From an uncultured Cytophagales bacterium (GTDB lineage: Bacteria; Bacteroidota; Bacteroidia; Cytophagales; UBA9547): a stretch of 64,000 nucleotides of DNA. The stretch spans positions 28,759-92,758 of the forward strand of contig CAMFLX010000001.1 in the NCBI GenBank assembly GCA_945957555.1, given 5' to 3'. This document shows, piece after piece, positions 56,887 to 64,000 of the stretch; position 1 is the stretch's first letter; every line of letters begins with the position of its first letter. A program made the position numbers and the translations under genes. The notes under the pieces are model-generated. The model ran no database searches, was not told where the DNA came from, and saw nothing but the letters and a program-made list of their open reading frames with translations.

Positions 56887-58410
56887 ATGAAAAAAATAGC
56901 GTTAGTGATAAGTGTTAGTGGTACATTATTGTTGTTAAAATCTTGTGCCAATATTGGCAGCCCTAGTGGAGGAACAAAAGATACAACAGCACCTTATGTA
57001 AAAACTATAGTTCCAGAAAACAAAACTACAAACTTTACAGGAACCAGTATTTCTGTAGATTACTCTGAATTCGTTGACTTAAGTACCGTGGATAAAGAAT
57101 TAGCTATAGTTCCTCATGTTGAGAAATATGAAATTGAAAAGGGAACCAAAAGTCTAAAGATCAAATTCAAATCGAAACTTGAAAAAAACACCACCTATCA
57201 AGTATTTTTTGGTAAGGGTGTAAAAGATGTAAACGAAGCAAATGTATGCAAGCTAAAATCTTTAGTGTTCTCTACTGGACCATACCTAGACTCCTTGAGT
57301 ATTACAGGTACTACAACTTATCTACCTACAAACAAACCTACAAACTGCTTTATAGGTTTGTATAAATCCAGTGATACTTTAAATATTAGTAAGCATCTAC
57401 CTTATTATTGGTTAACTTCTGAAAACGGCAAATTTTCCTTTGAGAATATCAAAGAAGATAATTATGAAGTATATGCCTTCATTGATAACAACAAAAATAA
57501 ATTACTAGACAAAAAAGAAGCTATAGCATTCCTTACAAGTAAAGTTAACCCAAAACTTATGAAAACTGTGGAGCTAAAGCTAAGCCAGCAAAATCTTGAC
57601 ACATTAAAACTTATATCTACTACGGATACTAAAGACTTTTATCAAATAAAGTATTCTAAAGGTATAAATAAGTGTGAAGTATCTGATAGTCAAATATTTA
57701 AAATTGAAAATGAAAAGATATTAATTTTTAAGGGTACAGAAGACTCTCTTACGTCTACCATACTAGTCGAAGATACCTTAGGTACAGAGATTAAAACAAA
57801 ACTACACATAGACAACAAAGCAAAGCCCTCAAAAAACAAAACATTTATTAAATCCATTAATGCTACCGCAATACCCACTGAAAAATATGTCTTTCTCACC
57901 GAAAGAAAACTTTCAAAAATAGATCACGACTCCATAAACATTTCTTACGATACCAAGAAGCTTGGTAAGGAAGATCTCAAGATCGTAAAAGATTCTATTT
58001 ATTTTATTATACCTCAATACAAAGACTCATTAAAGATACAGTTTAAAAAAGGCTCATTCATCTCACTATTCAATGATACCCTAAGTGGTATTAATACTAT
58101 TCACAAAAACTTCGATGAGACCAATTATGGTCTCATTTCAGGAAAGATAGAGTTTGATGGCAACATCGTACTACAGCTCTTGAAAAACAATAGGGTAGAG
58201 TACAGTACGAGAAATAAGGTATTTGAAGCCAAATATATGGAAGCTGGTGAGTATACCATTAAAGTAATCAAGGATACTGATAATAATGGTTATTGGACCC
58301 AAGGTGATCATAGAATTAAAAAACAAGCAGAAGACATATTTTTTAACCCAAAAACCATTCTTTTGAAGGCAAATTGGGAGCTAAAAGACCTGTTGATAAA
58401 AGTTGAATAA
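56887..58410 (+). CDS. lipoprotein with an N-terminal SbsA/Big_5-like Ig domain
   Basis: Lipobox LLLKSC, then GSPSGGTKDTTAPYVKTIVPENKTTNF, typical of Ig-like (Big_5) domain proteins; 507 aa. Confidence 0.55.
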   Translation: MKKIALVISVSGTLLLLKSCANIGSPSGGTKDTTAPYVKTIVPENKTTNFTGTSISVDYSEFVDLSTVDKELAIVPHVEKYEIEKGTKSLKIKFKSKLEKNTTYQVFFGKGVKDVNEANVCKLKSLVFSTGPYLDSLSITGTTTYLPTNKPTNCFIGLYKSSDTLNISKHLPYYWLTSENGKFSFENIKEDNYEVYAFIDNNKNKLLDKKEAIAFLTSKVNPKLMKTVELKLSQQNLDTLKLISTTDTKDFYQIKYSKGINKCEVSDSQIFKIENEKILIFKGTEDSLTSTILVEDTLGTEIKTKLHIDNKAKPSKNKTFIKSINATAIPTEKYVFLTERKLSKIDHDSINISYDTKKLGKEDLKIVKDSIYFIIPQYKDSLKIQFKKGSFISLFNDTLSGINTIHKNFDETNYGLISGKIEFDGNIVLQLLKNNRVEYSTRNKVFEAKYMEAGEYTIKVIKDTDNNGYWTQGDHRIKKQAEDIFFNPKTILLKANWELKDLLIKVE

Positions 58411-58724
58411 CTTGTGGATAAGTGTGGACAACAATAGGAACAAGTTCTACACACTTTGATTATTGTAGATAGTTGTGTTTAACTATTACTTATCCTCAAT
58501 TATACACACATAAAGTTATCCCCAATTTAATATCCCCCATAAAGGGTGATACAAAACATAATTAATTGAATAACAAATAAATATATTGTTGATAACTATG
58601 TGGAAATAGTAAAAAGTTTATTTGAGTAATCAACATTCCACTTTTCAAAATTAATTTATCAACAAATCCACAGCCTTAATAATAATAGTAATTATATTTA
58701 TATCATTTATCATTATTATATTAT
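58391..58724. other. candidate chromosomal replication origin (DnaA-box cluster + AT-rich unwinding region)
   Basis: There is one perfect TGTGGATAA (58413-58421). Six 9-mers have one mismatch to TTATCCACA/TGTGGATAA (58391, 58423, 58490, 58516, 58587, 58656) and two have two mismatches (58599, 58664). A roughly 90 percent AT tract follows at 58676-58724. The region sits one gene from mnmG/gidA. Confidence 0.6.
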
Positions 58725-60548
58725 ATGTGTAAAACTCATTCGAAAGGACCTCTAATTTTAACATTCATCATTGTTTTGTTTGGAAACCTATTTTCCCAAA
58801 TAATAGGTGAATTGCAGCTTGCAAACGAATACTATAAATCTGGAGAATATAAAAAAGCAAAAATACTTTACGAAGAACTTCTGAAGGATAAGTCTAAAGT
58901 AGATTTTATCTATGATAACTATTTGGCAACTCTTGAAAAGCTTAACGAATACATTGCGGCGGAAAAGTTTATCAAGAAGAATGTGAAGAAGTTTGAGGAT
59001 AACCCAAAATACAAGATAGATCATTACTTGATATTCAAAAAGCAAAATAAAACCGAAGAAGCTAACAAGCTTAAAGAAAAGTACGCGGAACAGATCTCCA
59101 CAAATAGGAATCAAATATTTGATGCTTATGCAATACTTGCGGATAGGGGAGAGCATAATTTCATAATTTCATTACTGAGCAATGCTAGGAAAAACATGAG
59201 AGAGCCCACATTGTTTGCAGAGCAGTTGGCTAGTTCGTATAAGGCTCTTGGAAATAGGGAGATGATGATCACAGAAATGATCAACATGGTCAAGTATGAA
59301 AGTAATGATCAGGAGCTTTTAAAAAACAAGCTTCAACCACTTCTTGACAACGAACAAGATCTTGATATTTTGCAGAAATTGCTTATTGAAACTATTCAGA
59401 AAAATCCGGAGGACGATAATGCCACCCTATTGTTGGTTTGGGTACTTATTCAGAGAAGAGAATTTAATATGGCCCTTGTTCAAGCTAAAGCTTATGATAG
59501 AAGAAAAAAGGTAGGTGGAGAGCAGATCTATCAATTGGCGAAGATAGCTTTTGAAAATAAAGACTATGAGACCGTCATAGAAGCTTCTGGTTATGTTAAA
59601 ACTGTTTACCCTAGTACTGATACGTATTTTGCAATTTCGATGCTGTCACTGCGTTCTAAAGAAGAGATAATAAAACAGAGATACCCTGTAGATAGGTCTA
59701 AAGTTTCTGAATTAGTAATGGACTACGCGGACGTTTGTAAAAAAAACGCGGCTACGCCGTATTGTGCTGAAGCTTTAAGGAAAGAAGCCCTACTGCTCGC
59801 CTTTTACCTTAACAAGCAAGATACAGCCATTAAAATGCTTGAGAGCATTATTAAAACGTATGCCTATGATAGAAATATTGTTGACAGGGCAAAACTCGAT
59901 CTAGGCGATTTGTATATTCTTAAAGATGATCATTGGGAGAGCGTTTTACTCTATACCCAAGTAGAAAAAACACAAAAGGAAAATTTGTTGGGTCATGAAG
60001 CAAAATTTAAAAATGCTAAGGTGCATTACTATACAGGAAATTTCGACTTGGCGGAAGAGCAGTTAGATGTACTAAAACTAGCTACCTCACGCGAGATTGC
60101 AAACGATGCTTTGTACTTAAGTCTGATCATTCACATGAATAAGGCCGAAGATAGTTTGCAAAATGCACTCAATATTTTTGCCAAAGCAGATCTCGAAAAG
60201 TTTTCACAAAATCTGGAAGCTGCAGAAGTAAGCTATAAAAAATTGATCGATGAATATCCTAGAGATGCTTTGGTAGATGATGCACTATGGAATCTTGCTG
60301 AGATTTCAATCAAGAAACAACTATACAGCCAGGCCATTTTGCTGTTGGATCAAATATTGGAAAAGTATCATGATGATATTTTTGCAGACGATGCGTTGTT
60401 TACTAAAGCAGAACTCTATGAAATAAAACTTAAGGATTCTTTAAAAGCGATGGAGTTTTATCAAAAGCTCATGACAGATTATCCATCAAGTATTTACACT
60501 AGTGAGGCAAGAAAGAGATTTAGGAAACTTCGAGGAGATAAATTATGA
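58725..60548 (+). CDS. TPR-repeat protein
   Basis: 607 aa with an N-terminal hydrophobic segment and multiple TPR-like units (e.g. ANEYYKSGEYKKAKILYEELL, ALWNLAEISIKKQLYSQAILLLDQILEKY, ALFTKAELYE...AMEFYQKLMTDYPSS). Confidence 0.7.
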   Translation: MCKTHSKGPLILTFIIVLFGNLFSQIIGELQLANEYYKSGEYKKAKILYEELLKDKSKVDFIYDNYLATLEKLNEYIAAEKFIKKNVKKFEDNPKYKIDHYLIFKKQNKTEEANKLKEKYAEQISTNRNQIFDAYAILADRGEHNFIISLLSNARKNMREPTLFAEQLASSYKALGNREMMITEMINMVKYESNDQELLKNKLQPLLDNEQDLDILQKLLIETIQKNPEDDNATLLLVWVLIQRREFNMALVQAKAYDRRKKVGGEQIYQLAKIAFENKDYETVIEASGYVKTVYPSTDTYFAISMLSLRSKEEIIKQRYPVDRSKVSELVMDYADVCKKNAATPYCAEALRKEALLLAFYLNKQDTAIKMLESIIKTYAYDRNIVDRAKLDLGDLYILKDDHWESVLLYTQVEKTQKENLLGHEAKFKNAKVHYYTGNFDLAEEQLDVLKLATSREIANDALYLSLIIHMNKAEDSLQNALNIFAKADLEKFSQNLEAAEVSYKKLIDEYPRDALVDDALWNLAEISIKKQLYSQAILLLDQILEKYHDDIFADDALFTKAELYEIKLKDSLKAMEFYQKLMTDYPSSIYTSEARKRFRKLRGDKL

Positions 60549-60556
60549 TGAGTTGC

Positions 60557-62473
60557 TCAAAGTTTTTTTAAACTTTTGTCACAGTTTTCACAATAGTTCT
60601 TTTTGAGGTAATCATCTTCCAAAAGTTGGAATGATATACCGCCTTCACTATAGGCGGCATCATACATTTTGCAGAACCGCTCTGGGTTCACATTATGTGC
60701 GTTTAGCAATATGGTTCTGTACGCAGGTTTGGAAGTATATTTATTGTCGCTAATGGTTAAGTTTATAAAATAGAACAAAAGATCTTCTGTGATGTTGATT
60801 TTACTTACTCTGTATTCTATCATCTTAATCGCCCAATCTTGTTTGTTGTAAGCAGTAAAATATTTTGCAAGCCTTATCAAGTCTTCGTCGCTGTAAGGAG
60901 TGTTTTTGTAGTTTGAAAAAATATACTGTAGTGCCTTATCCTTTTCTGCATATTTTTTTTCCACCAGCAAGTATTCACACATAATGAGATGATAGTTTAC
61001 CATCATTCTTCTCACAATTCTCGGATCATATTTCAACTTTTCGAGCTCCTTAATCAATACCAACATTTTGTTTCTGTCAATAATCAGTTCGTTTTGTGAA
61101 AACAAGCTTAGATAAGTAACAGCAATGTTGTACTTGATATTTAAGTTTTTGGGATCGAGCTCTTGAAGTCTTTGAAAAGCAGTAAGTGCTGAAATCTCGT
61201 TACTAATCTGTTGATTTGATTTAAAAACAACCCTATTGCTAAGTATTGACAATAAAGAAGCAACTTCTGGAACTTCTAAATCCTCTAAGATCTTGGAATT
61301 GTACTTTTGAGTTTCTACGTTTTGGAAGATGACCTGCTGAAGCTCAAGTGCTAGAGCAATATTCTTTTGTTCGATGGCCTCATTGAACTTGAGGATCATC
61401 TGTTTTTCGGTTATGTCTAGATAGGTGTTCTTCTTTTCCATTTCAAGAAATAATACCGCTTTTCTGTGATTTTTAAGAATGGGTTCTATTTCTTCCTTCG
61501 AAGATTTTTTTTCGAGTTCTATTTTAATCTCTTCTTTACTAAGATTTTTGAGGTATGCGTATTTCGTATTTCCAATATCGTTTAAAAACTCTACCCAGTT
61601 TTCTGATGCTGAAACGTCTCTTTTGATCTTGATATTTTGGAAGGACTCTAGGGCACTTGTAATACTTTCAGCCCTTTTTTGCTGTAATTCTATATTTTTT
61701 TCTAATAACCCCTCTACAGATGAGTAAGCTCTGATTTTAAGAGAAGTAATGTTGTAGTAATTAAGCAATAAAGAGTCTCTGAGGGGAAATAAATCTTCTG
61801 CTTTATACTCATACTTGTTTTTCTCAAAAGGAATGGTAAATTCCATTTTTTTGTGAAAAGTAAGTTGTCTTTCATTTCTCATAGCTGGATCTTCATTAAA
61901 GGCAAGTGTATCCATGTAAAGATCAAGCTTCAAAAGCTCTAGTTTATGCTCAGGCAAATCATAAAATCTCATGTACCTGCACATTTCCTTTTTTTTAATA
62001 AGGATTAGGTTAAACTCTAAATCTTTGGAATCAGCGAGATCTTCAGGAAGTTCACAAAGAGGCACCAATATATCGTAACTATTTTTATCACCGACGTTTG
62101 ATTTTTTGATATCTTTCAGATATACCGGTCGGGTCATAATACCCTTTATAAAAGAGTTACTTCTGATTTCTTCTTTATCGCAATCGTACTGTGATTTTCT
62201 CAGGATATCAAGAGCTAAGGCGTCATTTTTATGGTCAATAAGCAAATGAAACCAATCAGCGTCAGTCATCCCAAAAAAAACAAAAGAACCAGATTTGAAT
62301 ACTCCATAGCGAACGTCTGCAGGCATACTCAATAATTTAGACTCACATTCTACGCAGCTTTTGGAAGGATGCAAAGGATTGTATTTAATTCCAAAAGTGT
62401 TTCTGTCTTTTTTTGATTGTCCTAAACTGGAAAAATGGAATATAGCAAATATTAGAAAAATGTACTTTTTCAT
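60557..62473 (-). CDS. secreted hypothetical protein (short OmpA-like segment, helical repeat C-terminal half)
   Basis: Signal peptide MKKYIFLIFAIFHFSSLGQ. The segment RAYSSVEGLLEKNIELQQKRAESITSAL resembles the OmpA-family core. I did not recognise the rest. Confidence 0.35.
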   Translation of the reverse strand: MKKYIFLIFAIFHFSSLGQSKKDRNTFGIKYNPLHPSKSCVECESKLLSMPADVRYGVFKSGSFVFFGMTDADWFHLLIDHKNDALALDILRKSQYDCDKEEIRSNSFIKGIMTRPVYLKDIKKSNVGDKNSYDILVPLCELPEDLADSKDLEFNLILIKKKEMCRYMRFYDLPEHKLELLKLDLYMDTLAFNEDPAMRNERQLTFHKKMEFTIPFEKNKYEYKAEDLFPLRDSLLLNYYNITSLKIRAYSSVEGLLEKNIELQQKRAESITSALESFQNIKIKRDVSASENWVEFLNDIGNTKYAYLKNLSKEEIKIELEKKSSKEEIEPILKNHRKAVLFLEMEKKNTYLDITEKQMILKFNEAIEQKNIALALELQQVIFQNVETQKYNSKILEDLEVPEVASLLSILSNRVVFKSNQQISNEISALTAFQRLQELDPKNLNIKYNIAVTYLSLFSQNELIIDRNKMLVLIKELEKLKYDPRIVRRMMVNYHLIMCEYLLVEKKYAEKDKALQYIFSNYKNTPYSDEDLIRLAKYFTAYNKQDWAIKMIEYRVSKINITEDLLFYFINLTISDNKYTSKPAYRTILLNAHNVNPERFCKMYDAAYSEGGISFQLLEDDYLKKNYCENCDKSLKKL

Positions 62474-62571
62474 GTAAATCTATAACGTGTAAATCTCACA
62501 AAAATAATAAACACTATTGATTTTCAATATAATAATTAAAAATAAGGGGAGGAATATAGGGAAGGGAGAAA

Positions 62572-63315
62572 TTAATTATTGATCAAGTGTGCCTTTTCTG
62601 CAATGTCTATAATTAATCTTTTGTTTGTTTCTATAGCATTTCCAACAACAACAATGTCAGCACCTGCCTCCCAAGCATCTTGGGCTTTTGCAACATTGTT
62701 TATGCCTCCACCTACGATTATTGGAGTATCCACACTTCTACTTACGGCACCTATCATTTTTCTTGAAATTGGGTTTTCAGCACCACTTCCCGCATCCATA
62801 TAAATTAATTTCATACCGAGCATTTCTCCAGCCATTGCGGTACACGCCGCTATGGAAGGTTTGTCAGAAGGGAGTGGAGTTGTATTACTAATATAAGAAA
62901 CTGTGGTATTTTTGCCTCCATCTACAAGCATGTAACCCGTTGAAAGAATCTCTAAATTTGTTCTTTTAAGAATCGGAGCAGCAATGACCTGTTGGCCGAT
63001 AAGAAGTTCAGGGTTTCTTCCTGAAATCAGGGATAAAAACAAGATAGCATCTGCTTGTGCATCTATATGCATATTGCTACCAGGAAATAGTATCACAGGA
63101 ATTGAGCAATTTGATTTAATTGTTTTGATGACTAAGCCAATATTGTCCTTTACTACCAAACTACCACCCACAAAGAAATAATCTATTTTACACTCTACTG
63201 CTAGCTGTATGAGATCTAACAAGGGACGTTGCTCGATATTATCCGGGTCAATAAGTACAGCAAAGGCTTTGTGCTTTGATTTTTTCTTCTCTTGTATGGA
63301 TTTATAAATGTTCAA
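62572..63315 (-). CDS. geranylgeranylglyceryl/heptaprenylglyceryl phosphate synthase (PcrB/GGGPS family)
   Basis: 247 aa with AVLIDPD, DYFFVGGS, YMDAGSGA and PIIVGGGI, the TIM-barrel GGGPS motifs. Confidence 0.8.
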   Translation of the reverse strand: MNIYKSIQEKKKSKHKAFAVLIDPDNIEQRPLLDLIQLAVECKIDYFFVGGSLVVKDNIGLVIKTIKSNCSIPVILFPGSNMHIDAQADAILFLSLISGRNPELLIGQQVIAAPILKRTNLEILSTGYMLVDGGKNTTVSYISNTTPLPSDKPSIAACTAMAGEMLGMKLIYMDAGSGAENPISRKMIGAVSRSVDTPIIVGGGINNVAKAQDAWEAGADIVVVGNAIETNKRLIIDIAEKAHLINN

Positions 63316-63473
63316 ACAGTCCTTTGCTTTTCTTTAAATACTTTGTACTCAAAATTAGTAATAAAGTTTGGAATAAAAAGTTTCCATGATTCTCAAACCA
63401 TAAAATTGGGTTTGAGAATTAAGAAAACAGGAAGCCTCCAAATTTTTTGTTATAAATACTGTACAAATAGCGT

Positions 63474-64000
63474 TTATGAATCAGAATGTTTCAAGAATTC
63501 TTTATACAGTTTACGATGATTCTTAACCATACGTAAATATTGTAGAAAACTGGGAGTCGTGTATTTATTACCATTACCCTGCGGTTTAGCATTGTTAAAA
63601 AAGGAGTCAAAATCTTTTAAAACTTTTATAAGCCCTTGTGCAGAAGCATCAAATAGCTTTGCATAAGTAGCAGATACAGTAGCTCCAAGTGTTGGACGAA
63701 AATCAATATCGACCTCTTCCCTTAAAACGATTGCTCCCGTATCTATATTCTTGTCTATTTTGTGGATGGTAAAACCTGTAATTTTGGAGGAATTGTACAA
63801 CTGCCAAATAACGCTTTGGGCGTTTTGATAATTGGGTAAAAGCTCATGGTGGATATTTAACATTCCAAATCTTGGTATATTAAATATTTTAGAACTTATG
63901 TAACCATTACCAAGGCTTAAGCCAAGTTCTGCACCACAGTTTGTCAAAAGTTCTTTAGTCTGGTCAGAGTTTAGTGTTTTTACAGTTGCAAAAGGAATGT
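63474..64000 (-). CDS. formyltransferase-family protein; 5' end lies outside the window
   Basis: FGMLNIHHELLPNYQNAQSVIWQLYNSSKITGFTIHKIDKNIDTGAIV matches the formyl_trans_N catalytic HxxLLP block. That block normally sits about 100 aa into the protein, so the true start is beyond position 64000. Confidence 0.7.
   Translation of the reverse strand, partial: IPFATVKTLNSDQTKELLTNCGAELGLSLGNGYISSKIFNIPRFGMLNIHHELLPNYQNAQSVIWQLYNSSKITGFTIHKIDKNIDTGAIVLREEVDIDFRPTLGATVSATYAKLFDASAQGLIKVLKDFDSFFNNAKPQGNGNKYTTPSFLQYLRMVKNHRKLYKEFLKHSDS

Noticed and set aside
1-64000. Defence island, prophage, integrative element, toxin-antitoxin or secondary-metabolite cluster
   Set aside because: I recognised no integrase, transposase, nuclease/helicase defence genes, phage structural genes or biosynthetic core enzymes in any frame. 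The protein-coding content looks like core chromosome.

Overview
Low-GC Bacteroidota-type chromosomal window. The taxon call rests on T9SS C-terminal sorting domains, TAnnTTTG-type -7 promoter boxes, 7TM-DISM sensors, a LytS/LytTR pair, kynurenine 3-monooxygenase and a PcrB/GGGP synthase. It is mostly housekeeping and envelope genes: about 50 CDS and 2 tRNAs. Recognisable genes are purK (partial), tRNA-Leu and tRNA-Gly, nadD, scpB, a DksA/TraR protein, two ABC-F ATPases, mtgA, asd, rfbA, an Rrf2 regulator, kmo, a glycan-tailoring cluster, a GH5 enzyme with a T9SS tail, an ECF sigma operon, two tandem 7TM-DISM kinases, a TPR-LytS kinase with a LytTR regulator, ygiD, a giant DUF4175-like protein, ybeY, mnmG and a GGGP synthase. 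I saw no CRISPR array, transposase, integrase, prophage or recognisable defence genes. The unusual signals are all noncoding. (1) A 2.0-kb ORF-free island sits between ybeY and mnmG. It is punctuated by three related TGTTCC-N4-GGAACA hairpins, has a GC-richer core with long-range complementary arms, and ends in about 1.3 kb of A-rich, G-poor sequence. (2) A dense DnaA-box cluster plus an AT-rich tract at 58.4-58.7 kb looks like oriC. (3) Five exactly phased 23-bp iteron-like palindromic repeats lie just upstream of an HU-like/DUF4469 DNA-binding gene. Minor items are a homopolymer frameshift in a DUF1080 gene, a three-kinase/one-regulator signalling block, and a 585-bp divergent intergenic region with hairpins. 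All family assignments come from reading motifs by eye. No database search was run.
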